Positions 7,173 to 16,395 of a stretch of 64,000 bases of DNA are shown here, piece after piece. The stretch lies in sequence record MT446392.1. One strand, given 5' to 3'. Numbering within the stretch: the first letter of the stretch is position 1; the number at the start of each line of letters is the position of its first letter. The notes under the pieces were generated by a model. It made no database searches. It saw only the letters and a program-made list of their open reading frames with translations, and had not been told where the DNA came from. This DNA comes from Escherichia virus TH15. The position numbers and the translations under genes are program-made.

Positions 7173-8132
7173 ATGATGTTAGTTATTGGCTCTCGCGCAT
7201 TACATAACGCCGGTCTGATTGAAAGTAAGAAAATTGAAAACTCTGATTGGGATTTTATCGCTGACCAGGGTTCCTGGAACAGCTTTAAAACCCAGATGAT
7301 GGGGCAGCATGTTCATGTGGATAACCCAGATGTGCAAGCTTTTAAATGTATGCACAATGGTAAAGAAACTTATTTTGAAGCGTACATCGTCCGCGCACTG
7401 ACAAGTGTTCGTGAGTTGACTGATGAGTTGCAAGAGGAAGATTTTACTTCCAGTTATCGTCTGCTCAAATATGCAAAGGCAAATATTCAGAAAGACCGTC
7501 TATCTGGTTTTTACTGGGCGACCCCTGATATTTGTCTGGCAATTAAATTGTCTCATCGTTACCTGAAGAACAATCCATTCTTCCTGAAGACAATGAGCCA
7601 TATTAATTACCTTCGTAATAAGGGTGTTGTTCTTAATGATGAACTACAAAAAATCATGCAACAACGACAGGCAGAAACACTGTCATATAGTCACCCTAAA
7701 CTAGACGTGGGCAAGAAAACTTTCTTTAATGATACAATCTATACCCTTGACCATGACTCCATCCACGAGGCCGTGGCGCTTGCTGATAAGCCTGCATATA
7801 AGTTCTATATGAAGGATGATTCAGAAGTCATGACCTCACGTGAAAAATTTGAAGCACTCCCTGATGTTATTAAACTGGCAGGGGTTTATGAAGAAGCATG
7901 TGTGCTCGCTCTGGAGCGTTCGCAGGTTCCTAACGAGTTTAGTATCCCGGCCAGTCATAGCTTCCATATGGCTCTGGAAAAAGTCTGCACCTCCATTACT
8001 TCTGGATGGTTTCGTGAGTATGCCTGGGAACATTACCAGGATGTGGTTAATATGTACAACACCCTGGGTCGCGAAGACTATGTTAAACGTTTCAAGGCTA
8101 ACCAGCATTTAATTCGTCCTTTTTCAAAATAA
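7173..8132 (+). CDS. hypothetical protein with possible nucleotidyltransferase-fold motif
   Basis: 319 aa; N-terminal IGSRALH...SDWDF resembles GS...DxD. Confidence 0.6.
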   Translation: MMLVIGSRALHNAGLIESKKIENSDWDFIADQGSWNSFKTQMMGQHVHVDNPDVQAFKCMHNGKETYFEAYIVRALTSVRELTDELQEEDFTSSYRLLKYAKANIQKDRLSGFYWATPDICLAIKLSHRYLKNNPFFLKTMSHINYLRNKGVVLNDELQKIMQQRQAETLSYSHPKLDVGKKTFFNDTIYTLDHDSIHEAVALADKPAYKFYMKDDSEVMTSREKFEALPDVIKLAGVYEEACVLALERSQVPNEFSIPASHSFHMALEKVCTSITSGWFREYAWEHYQDVVNMYNTLGREDYVKRFKANQHLIRPFSK

Positions 8133-8134
8133 GT

Positions 8135-8164
8135 GTGTACAACCAAATGGGGCTATGACATAAT
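8135..8164 (+). promoter_or_regulatory. T4-type early promoter
   Basis: -35 GTGTACA, 17-nt spacer, -10 CATAAT. Confidence 0.6.
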
Positions 8165-8191
8165 GGTCCCACAATCAATGAGGAAAATATT

Positions 8192-8878
8192 ATGAACGGT
8201 CCTAAAACTTTTAATAGTCAAGCTCGTGCAGTTGGTGGTTTTGCACATAACGTACAAAATGACCAAATCAAAAATGAACCAATGTTCTTTAACTGTGATT
8301 TGAGTTTTGCTTGGGATAATGGTGGTCCAATCACTCGTAGCTTTATTGCCAATCTCCCAATTGATTGGACTAATCAACATGTTGTGTTTGATTCACGTGC
8401 GCATATGTTAATGCCAGGTTGGTATCCAGCTATCCCTGGCTATCATCATGATGATGTTCCTCGTCCACCCATTCCAACAGGACAACATTTTATTACTGCA
8501 GGACAACCTGATTATGACAATCCTCGCTATTTGTCTGAACACATTCTTGGTCTTGTTAACGCTGATGTGTGCCCTACCCATTTTGCTACAGGCGAAGCCA
8601 CCTTTAGTGAAATCCCAGAAGGTGAACTGATTTATCGCCAATGGCATAAAGAAGTTCTGGCTAAAATTGAATCAGGTGAATTAGAGCAATGGGAAGCTCC
8701 TGACCGCACACTCCTGCAGTTTAATTGTCATACCTGGCATACTGGTTCCCAGACAGTGCGCAATGGCTGGCGTTGGTTTGGTCGTGTATCTCGTAACACT
8801 GACCGTGTTAAAAATATTACCAATGAAATCCGCGTTAATGCCCAAGTATATCTGGAATTCCCTATGGAGGGATGGTAA
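8192..8878 (+). CDS. hypothetical protein
   Basis: 228-aa ORF after TGAGGAAAA SD. Confidence 0.6.
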   Translation: MNGPKTFNSQARAVGGFAHNVQNDQIKNEPMFFNCDLSFAWDNGGPITRSFIANLPIDWTNQHVVFDSRAHMLMPGWYPAIPGYHHDDVPRPPIPTGQHFITAGQPDYDNPRYLSEHILGLVNADVCPTHFATGEATFSEIPEGELIYRQWHKEVLAKIESGELEQWEAPDRTLLQFNCHTWHTGSQTVRNGWRWFGRVSRNTDRVKNITNEIRVNAQVYLEFPMEGW

Positions 8879-9453
8879 TGATGTATGAACCCGGTTGCAT
8901 GGGTGATATGAAAGGTCCACAAGGATGTGCAGGTATTCCAGTTCCAAGAGATGAATTTATGATTACCAAAAGATATTGGGCAAACCTTGATGATGGTGAT
9001 GAAGGAATCAAGGTGGAAAACGTTGATTGGTCGCACTGTAACCGTCATATGAAAGAGCTTTTGATTGAGGAATATAAAATGAAGCACATCGTTAAAGGTT
9101 GGCAACCAGAACCACATAAAGAACAAACACCTGACCCATTGATTTGTTATAGTGAAAAATATGGTTTTCGTACATGGAGCGATGAATATGACAAGTTGGT
9201 GTGCTCCAGGTTCTATGTTTGGATGGGAATACTATTTTTTCCAATCCTGTGGTTTTTCCTGACAACGAAAAATGACTTGCCAATTTGCGTATTCGGGGCA
9301 GCAGTATCTGCGGCCATTGCAGGTATTATCGCATCATTTTTGTGGACCTCTGTTATTGAAGTACCTTTTCGTATTTCTAAAGTTAAAAAGGTATATGACA
9401 ATATCACAAAGAAAAATACATTAAACTCTTTTATTGAGGAATGTCGTAAATGA
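8878..9453 (+). CDS. hypothetical membrane protein, C-terminal FIEECRK tail
   Basis: GGAGG SD then ATG 8878/8881; hydrophobic helices; tail matches 4339-5567 family. Confidence 0.55.
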   Translation: MMYEPGCMGDMKGPQGCAGIPVPRDEFMITKRYWANLDDGDEGIKVENVDWSHCNRHMKELLIEEYKMKHIVKGWQPEPHKEQTPDPLICYSEKYGFRTWSDEYDKLVCSRFYVWMGILFFPILWFFLTTKNDLPICVFGAAVSAAIAGIIASFLWTSVIEVPFRISKVKKVYDNITKKNTLNSFIEECRK

Positions 9454-9686
9454 GTATTGCAATTTATATTAAATCAGAGTCATGTGATTCTTACCTGTAT
9501 TCCTATGATAAAGGTACGCCCGAAGTTGAAATCAAAGATGATTTAGAAATTGACCTGGACTTGTTCCGCCCGATTTCTGAATACAGAGTTCAAACTTCTA
9601 GTAGTGAATCGCCATCAACAGAAACACGTATTGAAATTATTATGGCCGAAATCTTTAAAAAATCTTGGGAACGTGATGATGAGTAA
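9450..9686 (+). CDS. hypothetical protein
   Basis: 78-aa ORF, ATGA overlap with upstream gene. Confidence 0.45.
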   Translation: MSIAIYIKSESCDSYLYSYDKGTPEVEIKDDLEIDLDLFRPISEYRVQTSSSESPSTETRIEIIMAEIFKKSWERDDE

Positions 9687-10137
9687 GAAAAACGTGGTGA
9701 AAGAATTATCTGCTGGCATTATTTTCATGACTGAAGATAAAGAGTTATTCATGGGTCGTGTGACTGGTTCTCGCAAACCGGGTATGCCTGCACATAAATG
9801 GGATATCCCTAAGGGTCATGTTGAAGCCGGCGAATCCCCGATTGAAGCGGCTATGCGTGAATGTGAAGAAGAAACAGGCTTTACCCAGTATGACCCGGCA
9901 TTCTTAAAAGACCTAGGCGAGTTCCGTTATTCAGATAACAAAAACCTTCACCTGTTTTTGTACACGGTCCCGGTCGAGCATGAGCAATTCAGACATAGTA
10001 AATGCTCCGCATATCATACATTCCCGGATGGTAGTTCGGTCCCAGAGTTTGATGCATTTGCTCTGATTAAACCGAGTCAATGGCAATACGTAATGGGTAA
10101 ATCGATGTATAAGGTTTTGACTCAAATTTTCGGATAA
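9676..10137 (+). CDS. nudE: Nudix hydrolase (T4 NudE-like)
   Basis: Nudix box GHVEAGESPIEAAMRECEEETG; ATG 9676 after GGAACG; position upstream of e as in T4. Confidence 0.8.
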   Translation: MMSKKNVVKELSAGIIFMTEDKELFMGRVTGSRKPGMPAHKWDIPKGHVEAGESPIEAAMRECEEETGFTQYDPAFLKDLGEFRYSDNKNLHLFLYTVPVEHEQFRHSKCSAYHTFPDGSSVPEFDAFALIKPSQWQYVMGKSMYKVLTQIFG

Positions 10138-10148
10138 TAAATACACAT

Positions 10149-10904
10149 ATGAATTATCTAAAAATATATGAATCTTTAATAGTATCTGCTATTAAAAGAC
10201 CTCTTACACAAGGATACACCGAAAAACATCATATTTTACCGAAATCGATGGGTGGTAATGATTCTATTGATAATTTAGTTACCCTTACCGCCCGTGAACA
10301 TTTTATTGCACACTTATTATTGGCAAGAATTTTTAAGAATCGCGAAATGTGGTCCGCTGCATATATGATGGCTTCAACAAGTCTAACTAACTCGGATAGA
10401 CATAGATGCTCGTCACATTTATATGAATTATTGCGTAAACAAGCGTCGGTATATAATTCAGGTGAAAATTCTCCAAATTGGGGAATAAAACGTTCTGAAG
10501 AAACACGATTAAAAATGTCAATTTCAAAAATGGGTATCAGGAATCCAATGTACGGTATTCCACAATGTTTGGAACACTCTCATAAAATTAGCCTTGGTGT
10601 TACCGAAGCTTTTAAAAATCCAGAAATGAAAGAACGCCACCGTCAAAGTGTTTCTGGAGAGAATAATGGGTTTTATGGAAAAAAACATTCCGAAAAAAGT
10701 TTGGAAAAACAGCGGAATACAAAACGGAAAGGATTTCCTTGGGACAATTATTTGGAATTGTACCCAATTTGGGTTTCATTAAATTGCCCCAAGCATCCAA
10801 CATTCACAAATGAACTTGTTAAATTGGGATACCCCAAAAAGAAGCTTGTTCGAATAGTGGAAGAGTTTAAAAATGAATATATTCGAAATGCTACGCATAG
10901 ATGA
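10149..10904 (+). CDS. HNH homing endonuclease
   Basis: HNH motif [31 protein letters not shown]; inserted between nudE and e. Confidence 0.8.
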   Translation: MNYLKIYESLIVSAIKRPLTQGYTEKHHILPKSMGGNDSIDNLVTLTAREHFIAHLLLARIFKNREMWSAAYMMASTSLTNSDRHRCSSHLYELLRKQASVYNSGENSPNWGIKRSEETRLKMSISKMGIRNPMYGIPQCLEHSHKISLGVTEAFKNPEMKERHRQSVSGENNGFYGKKHSEKSLEKQRNTKRKGFPWDNYLELYPIWVSLNCPKHPTFTNELVKLGYPKKKLVRIVEEFKNEYIRNATHR

Positions 10905-11361
10905 AGGTTGTAAATTAGATTTGTATAAAGATACCGAGGGGTACTATACCATTGGTATCGGGCAACTGATAACTAAGAACCCATCGAAAGATGTTGCTCG
11001 TGCCGAGCTCGACAAGCTCATGGGTCGCGTCTGTAATGGTCGCATAACCCAGCACGAAGCTGAAACATTGTTTAACCGTTCGGTCGAAAAAGCTAAAGCC
11101 GGAATATTGAGGCATCCTGTCTTAAAACCTGTTTATGATGTACTGGATGAAGTTCGTCGTTGTGCACTCATTAATATGGTATTCCAGATGGGTGTTGCCG
11201 GGGTTGCTGGTTTTCCTAAGGGACTGCGATTGCTCAAGGCCAAATCGTGGGAAGCTGCTGCTAAGGAACTGGCGGACTCAAGATGGTATAAAGTCCAGAC
11301 TCCAAACCGGGCCAAACGAGTTATTGAAACTTTCCGTACTGGAACTTTTGACGCTTATTAG
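10873..11361 (+). CDS. e: lysozyme (T4 gene e endolysin)
   Basis: Near-identity in N-terminal [12 protein letters not shown]...[13 protein letters not shown] to T4 lysozyme. Confidence 0.95.
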   Translation: MNIFEMLRIDEGCKLDLYKDTEGYYTIGIGQLITKNPSKDVARAELDKLMGRVCNGRITQHEAETLFNRSVEKAKAGILRHPVLKPVYDVLDEVRRCALINMVFQMGVAGVAGFPKGLRLLKAKSWEAAAKELADSRWYKVQTPNRAKRVIETFRTGTFDAY

Positions 11362-11390
11362 TTTACATCTCCAAACGATAGGGTTATAAT
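11361..11390 (+). promoter_or_regulatory. T4-type early promoter
   Basis: -35 GTTTACA, 17-nt spacer, -10 TATAAT. Confidence 0.65.
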
Positions 11391-11416
11391 GACCCTATCA
11401 ACTACGGAGAACAAAC

Positions 11417-11833
11417 ATGACTCGCATTAATTTAACCCTGGTATCTGAACTTGCTGACCAACACCTTATGGCTGAATACCGCGAGCTTCCTCGCGTGTTT
11501 GGTGCTGTTCGTAAGCATGTGCAAAATGGTAAAAAGGTGTCTGACTTTAAAATCCCATCATCTTTTCTTTTAGGAACTGGTCATGTCACCTTCTTTTATG
11601 ATAAGCTTTTGTTCCTTAAAAACCGTCATCAAGAACTTATTGCTGAATGTTTAAAGCGAGGGTTTAATATAAAAGATATTTCTACCCAAGATTTAAATGA
11701 TATTCCTGATGAATGGAAGAATGATTATCAACCATCAATCTGGTCAATTGAAATCAGTCAATCCAGACTGAATGAGAAAATTTCTCAAAAGCCTACCTGG
11801 TACAAATACTATGGGAAAGCTGTGTACGCTTAA
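11417..11833 (+). CDS. denV: pyrimidine dimer DNA glycosylase (endonuclease V)
   Basis: [34 protein letters not shown] matches T4 DenV. Confidence 0.95.
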   Translation: MTRINLTLVSELADQHLMAEYRELPRVFGAVRKHVQNGKKVSDFKIPSSFLLGTGHVTFFYDKLLFLKNRHQELIAECLKRGFNIKDISTQDLNDIPDEWKNDYQPSIWSIEISQSRLNEKISQKPTWYKYYGKAVYA

Positions 11834-11851
11834 CTAAAAAGGTTGTATAAT
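11822..11851 (+). promoter_or_regulatory. T4-type early promoter
   Basis: -35 GTGTACG, 17-nt spacer, -10 TATAAT. Confidence 0.65.
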
Positions 11852-11881
11852 GATTTTATCAACCAAACAATGGAATATAAA

Positions 11882-12145
11882 ATGAAAACTTATCAAGAAT
11901 TTATTACTGAATCTGCCAAAGCTCCTGCTGGTTCCTTTAAAGTCCGTGCCTTCGCTGGTGATGCTGAAGACTTTGGCTCACTGAAGCGCAACGGTTATTC
12001 TTTCTTTGGTGGTGATGGTAAAGAAATTGTTACCTATGCAAAACGTCGCGAAATCGCATTCGTGGTTGCTGGTAAGAAAGTATCCCCAGAAGATATTGAA
12101 GTTGACTTTGAGACCTTTGGTATTGTTTCTGGCGGTAAAGCTTAA
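11882..12145 (+). CDS. internal-protein-like (capsid targeting sequence)
   Basis: Starts MKTYQEFITE, matching the T4 internal-protein capsid targeting sequence MKTYQEFIAE. Confidence 0.6.
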   Translation: MKTYQEFITESAKAPAGSFKVRAFAGDAEDFGSLKRNGYSFFGGDGKEIVTYAKRREIAFVVAGKKVSPEDIEVDFETFGIVSGGKA

Positions 12146-12147
12146 CT

Positions 12148-12176
12148 GTTTACTTTATGATGGGATAGTGTATAAT
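12148..12176 (+). promoter_or_regulatory. T4-type early promoter overlapping the next start codon
   Basis: -35 GTTTACT, 16-nt spacer, -10 TATAAT whose last bases form the ATG at 12175. Confidence 0.55.
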
Positions 12177-12474
12177 GTTAACTTATCAAGAATTTATCAC
12201 AGAAGCCAAAGTTCCTAAAGCATTTCAAATTGGGGTTCAAGGCAATTTAGACCAACAATATGTTGATGCTATTGTAGCAAGCCTCGGTAAACAAGGGGTG
12301 CAAGTGGATTTGGTTGATTTTACCAAAGGCAATACTTTTAATATTGTTACATCTAAAGGTTCTTTAGCTAAAGTTAAAAAGGCCTTTGGCGTAGCACAAG
12401 CATACGAAATCGACCATTCTGAATTCGAAAATAAAGGTCGCCAGAACACAATTAAAGGCTCTGGTTCTTTTTAA
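12175..12474 (+). CDS. internal-protein-like (capsid targeting sequence)
   Basis: Starts MLTYQEFITE; paralog of 11882..12145. Confidence 0.55.
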   Translation: MLTYQEFITEAKVPKAFQIGVQGNLDQQYVDAIVASLGKQGVQVDLVDFTKGNTFNIVTSKGSLAKVKKAFGVAQAYEIDHSEFENKGRQNTIKGSGSF

Positions 12475-12570
12475 TAAAGGCAAACCGACCCTCTCCTCAT
12501 GAACGTCGTGTCCTCTGAGTGATGGACCTTTCCCTACCTGTAATAAGGTCGAGCCCGAGTGCGGTAAGGG

Positions 12571-12600
12571 GTTTACATTCGGATACATGGATGAATTAAT
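12571..12600 (+). promoter_or_regulatory. possible early promoter
   Basis: -35 GTTTACA, 17-nt spacer, weak -10 ATTAAT. Confidence 0.4.
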
Positions 12601-12638
12601 GTGCCAAGGAATGGCCCCAAAACCTTAAGAGAAACAAT

Positions 12639-13184
12639 ATGAGAACTTTTTTAACTGGACCTTATCTATCCCTGATGAATGCTTTTACCCACCATTCTGA
12701 TGCTCGAATAGAAGAACTTTGTAAGACCGATTGTTATATTCCTCCAATGGAAGTCTTGCTCAAAGAATACTGCACACTCCGTATGGATGGCGGGCGACAA
12801 TCAGGTAAATCTACTGCAGTAACTAATTTTGCTGCTAACTGGATTTATGACGGAGGTACAGTAATTGTCCTGTCTAATACCTCGGCTTATGCAAGAATTT
12901 CATCCGATTCTATCAAAAATGATTTTATTCGTTTTAGCGCGGAAGATATTCGTTACCGGCTTTTCCATGATTCATTACGTAGCTTTATCGGTAATAAAGG
13001 TTCTAAATTCCGTGGCCTTGCGCTTTCACGCGTATTGTATATAATTGATGAACCTATTAAAGCTCCTGATATGGACAAGATTTACGATATCCATATGAAA
13101 ACTGTACAACACTGCTGCCATGCTCATTGTTTTAAAACGGGTGAAACAGTTCGTCCTCAATTTTTTGTGATTGGAATGCAATGA
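12639..13184 (+). CDS. small P-loop NTPase
   Basis: Walker A GGRQSGKST and Walker B VLYIIDEP. Confidence 0.65.
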   Translation: MRTFLTGPYLSLMNAFTHHSDARIEELCKTDCYIPPMEVLLKEYCTLRMDGGRQSGKSTAVTNFAANWIYDGGTVIVLSNTSAYARISSDSIKNDFIRFSAEDIRYRLFHDSLRSFIGNKGSKFRGLALSRVLYIIDEPIKAPDMDKIYDIHMKTVQHCCHAHCFKTGETVRPQFFVIGMQ

Positions 13185-13537
13185 TGAATACTATCGAAGT
13201 TTTTGAATATTGTTATAGCAGCTCCGCTTGTAATAAAAAGGCCCTCGTAGAAAACTATGAGATATTCCATTTTAAACCTAAACGGTATCGTTTGACTAAA
13301 GGTCCATTCAAGGGACAACAGGTTCTCTGTACCGCACCAAATGAACGTCTGATGAATATCATTCCATATTTCAAAATGGAATTCATTGGCAGACGTTATA
13401 AAGGGCTAATCACTCAAAGCCTGATGGCTTATGGCTCTGATCCGATTTTGATGGAACAAACCGAATTTAAAAAGTTTTATACAGGTTCAGCCGTTTTAGC
13501 TGAACCTAAAGGCTTTACGGTGGCCCATCATGGCTAA
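13181..13537 (+). CDS. hypothetical protein
   Basis: 118-aa ORF, ATGA overlap. Confidence 0.55.
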   Translation: MMNTIEVFEYCYSSSACNKKALVENYEIFHFKPKRYRLTKGPFKGQQVLCTAPNERLMNIIPYFKMEFIGRRYKGLITQSLMAYGSDPILMEQTEFKKFYTGSAVLAEPKGFTVAHHG

Positions 13538-13748
13538 ATTGATTATCGAAGGTTCTGATGAAGCCTTGAAAAGATTCGTTGAATGGTTTAATGGCCCGGG
13601 CGAACAAGACTTTCTGGAAGTCTGGGACGGTGGTCAATGGAATGGTAAAGAAATGGTTTACCCAACTACCTATATCTCCGTGCAAGGGTGGACTGACAGA
13701 CTTCGTTTGGTAGAATATGATATCGCAACTGGCGAGGAAGTGAAATGA
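13530..13748 (+). CDS. hypothetical protein
   Basis: 72-aa ORF, overlapping start. Confidence 0.5.
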   Translation: MAKLIIEGSDEALKRFVEWFNGPGEQDFLEVWDGGQWNGKEMVYPTTYISVQGWTDRLRLVEYDIATGEEVK

Positions 13749-14008
13749 TTGAAGATATCAAAGGTTACAAGCCACATACCGACGATAAAATCGGTAAAGT
13801 GAACGCTATTAAAGATGCAGAAGTTCGTCTTGGATTGATGTTTGATGCTCTGATTGAAGAAGCATATATCTTGAAAGAAAATGAAACAGAGCAACAAACC
13901 AAAGAAGATATGGATGCAGTGCAGGCTCTTAAGTATGCTAAGCAACATCTAAAAGAAGCCAGCATGTGGGCATGTCGTGCAGTATTTCGACCCGAGGAAA
14001 AATACTAA
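13745..14008 (+). CDS. hypothetical protein
   Basis: 87-aa ORF, ATGA overlap. Confidence 0.5.
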   Translation: MIEDIKGYKPHTDDKIGKVNAIKDAEVRLGLMFDALIEEAYILKENETEQQTKEDMDAVQALKYAKQHLKEASMWACRAVFRPEEKY

Positions 14009-14313
14009 TGGCGCAGATTAATTCTGGTTTTGGTTATGAGTTATCAACCGCTTCTCATCGCCGCATAAATGATTCCAATCCGTTTGGATTCACATCGAAA
14101 CAGCCAAAAATTCAAAGTCTAGACGATTTCCAGGAAGTTATTCGTAAGGCCTTTCAGGACTACGGGAACTATCTTAAAGAAGATTCAAACGACTGTCTTG
14201 AAGAAGATGAAATTGCTTACTACGAGCAACGCCTTGAACAGCTTAAGAATTTGCACGCTGTTCGTGCCGAAGTCTCACAATCATTAAATAAGCTAATTCG
14301 TTTTAAAGAATAG
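14008..14313 (+). CDS. hypothetical protein
   Basis: ATG 14008 after GAGGAAAAA SD. Confidence 0.5.
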   Translation: MAQINSGFGYELSTASHRRINDSNPFGFTSKQPKIQSLDDFQEVIRKAFQDYGNYLKEDSNDCLEEDEIAYYEQRLEQLKNLHAVRAEVSQSLNKLIRFKE

Positions 14314-14342
14314 TGTACAAGCAGGTTGAAATGAGTTATGAT
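14314..14342 (+). promoter_or_regulatory. T4-type early promoter
   Basis: -35 GTGTACA, 16-nt spacer, -10 TATGAT. Confidence 0.5.
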
Positions 14343-14369
14343 TATCCCATCAAACAAAAGGAGATAATC

Positions 14370-14828
14370 ATGACTACTATCGATTCAAGTGTTTACATTC
14401 GCCGCAATAAACTTCGTCGTATTTTTGAAACGGAGTTCCTCAAAATTAATAATGCTATCAACAAGGCTTGTAAAGAAGCAGGCCTTGAAGCATTCTTCAT
14501 TAAGTACAGTCCACACCTGTTGGACCGTGCAATCCAACGTGAAATTGACGAACAATATGTTTTTGACTTGTTTGGAAAAATCACACCACATGTAAAAGAA
14601 ATTGTTGAATTCCTGGAGATGAAACCACTCCCGGAAGTTGAAGCACAAATTGACCCGAATGTGAACTACCGTCCACTTCGTCTGGAAATCACAGACAAGA
14701 ACCTATGGTTAGGAATGACAGTTAACCCAGCTCTTCCTGGGAAGTCTCCAACCATGTGTTGTCGTATGGCGTTTGTTAACTCTAATCGTCTGGAAGGAAA
14801 AATTAGCACAAAAGTGATTTATATCTAA
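14370..14828 (+). CDS. regB: RegB endoribonuclease
   Basis: MTTIDSSVYIRRNKLRRIFETEF...HLLDRAIQREIDE matches T4 RegB; ATG 14370 after AAGGAG. Confidence 0.85.
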   Translation: MTTIDSSVYIRRNKLRRIFETEFLKINNAINKACKEAGLEAFFIKYSPHLLDRAIQREIDEQYVFDLFGKITPHVKEIVEFLEMKPLPEVEAQIDPNVNYRPLRLEITDKNLWLGMTVNPALPGKSPTMCCRMAFVNSNRLEGKISTKVIYI

Positions 14829-14838
14829 TGGGGAATTC

Positions 14839-15381
14839 ATGAAAAAAGTAATAGCCACTTTACTATTGACAGTTAGTATGTCTGCCCATAGCGTAGAGCC
14901 TACTTTCAGTAATGAACAGATGGAAAATCTTCAATATGCGTATGCATTTGGAGAACAGTTCCAGAAAAATGGTAAGTACAAAGAAAATCCGCACCAACAT
15001 AATGGTTTGGGATATATCATGGCTGGATTAACCTGGCAGGAAAGTTCTGCCGGGGTTAATACAGGATTAAATAAAGATAAGCATCATGCATATGGTATAT
15101 TCCAAAATTATCTTCCAACCGTGCGCGAGCGCGTAAAACAGGTTGGGTGGACAATGACAGATAAAGAAATAATCAAGATGATAAGCAAGAGAGAGAACAG
15201 TGCACGCTGGGCTTATATTGAGCTTTCATACTGGTTGAACATTCACAAGGGGGACATAAGAAAAACACTATCATCATATAACGCAGGGTGGAATGTGAAA
15301 GCTGGAAATACGTATGCTTCACAGGTCCTAGAAAAAGCTAACTACTTAAAATCACGAGGCCTATTAAAAACGGTGGATTAA
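14839..15381 (+). CDS. periplasmic lytic transglycosylase (SLT-like) with signal peptide
   Basis: Signal peptide MKKVIATLLLTVSMSAHS; motifs WQESSAG, AYGIFQ, SYNAGWN. Confidence 0.65.
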   Translation: MKKVIATLLLTVSMSAHSVEPTFSNEQMENLQYAYAFGEQFQKNGKYKENPHQHNGLGYIMAGLTWQESSAGVNTGLNKDKHHAYGIFQNYLPTVRERVKQVGWTMTDKEIIKMISKRENSARWAYIELSYWLNIHKGDIRKTLSSYNAGWNVKAGNTYASQVLEKANYLKSRGLLKTVD

Positions 15382-15741
15382 ATGGTAAGAGTCATAACTT
15401 TAGCCATAGGGTTAGTATTCAGCACGGGAGGAATAGCTTCAGTACAGAGCGATGATAATAATAGCATCATAGAATATGCAACGAGGACGGCCAAAGATTA
15501 TTGTGCATCAAGCAATGTGGATTGTGTAATCCAGTTTAGTGCCAAACTCACTGCTGCATATAAAGACGGTCAAAATGATGTTGAACACACTCTTATGAAA
15601 AAGAGTATTTTATCCAACAAATATGAAAAGAAACTATTTGAAATGGATTGTATTCTGTCGAGTGCCAAATATAAAGCGGCCTGCACCAGTATGGTTGACA
15701 GGTTAGTCGATTCCTATAACAGAGGATTGAACTCTAAATGA
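15382..15741 (+). CDS. hypothetical secreted protein
   Basis: 119 aa; hydrophobic signal-like N-terminus; several Cys. Confidence 0.55.
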   Translation: MVRVITLAIGLVFSTGGIASVQSDDNNSIIEYATRTAKDYCASSNVDCVIQFSAKLTAAYKDGQNDVEHTLMKKSILSNKYEKKLFEMDCILSSAKYKAACTSMVDRLVDSYNRGLNSK

Positions 15742-16202
15742 TTGTTAACTATATTAAGGGCGATATTGTCGCCCTTTTTCTCGAAGGAAACATCATAGCT
15801 CATGGCTGTAATTGTTTCCATACAATGGGTTCAGGCGTTGCTGGCCAACTGGCAAAGGCTTACCCAAAAATTTTAGAAATGGATAAGACATCAACTGAAT
15901 ACGGTTCCCGAGAAAAACTCGGTGATATGTCTATCGTTTTTAAACATAAACCAACTGGATTTGGTATGTGCTATAACCTTTATACCCAGTATGAACCGGG
16001 TCCAAATCTGGATTATGGTGCTTTAGTAAATTGCATGATAGAATTAAATCGACAAGCAGAATCCCTTTTGTTCAAGCCTGTGATTTATATTCCCAGGATT
16101 GGATGTGGTATTGCAGGTGGTGATTGGGATAAGGTTTCCCGGTTAATTGATATGTTTACTCCTGACATTGATTTGATAGTGGTGGATTATGAGTCAAACT
16201 AG
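15738..16202 (+). CDS. macro-domain-like protein (putative ADP-ribose binding/hydrolase)
   Basis: GDIV...GNIIAHGCN...GSGVAGQL and IPRIGCGIAGG resemble macro-domain motifs. Confidence 0.55.
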   Translation: MIVNYIKGDIVALFLEGNIIAHGCNCFHTMGSGVAGQLAKAYPKILEMDKTSTEYGSREKLGDMSIVFKHKPTGFGMCYNLYTQYEPGPNLDYGALVNCMIELNRQAESLLFKPVIYIPRIGCGIAGGDWDKVSRLIDMFTPDIDLIVVDYESN

Positions 16203-16395
16203 TATTCTTAAAAATGCTCACTGTGAAAAGTGTAAATGGCCAGTTGTTTTTGCTTTATGCAACGATGAAATGATATGTGATTTTGATTATTGGTGCTATT
16301 GTTCTAATAAAGGGTGTGTGAATCATGCAGGCGCCGGTTTCTATTCCGGGTTTCAACCGTATCCAGACTTTGTAAAACAAGGTGAACCGAAATGA
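16189..16395 (+). CDS. hypothetical Cys-rich small protein
   Basis: 68 aa with 9 Cys. Confidence 0.5.
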   Translation: MSQTSILKNAHCEKCKWPVVFALCNDEMICDFDYWCYCSNKGCVNHAGAGFYSGFQPYPDFVKQGEPK

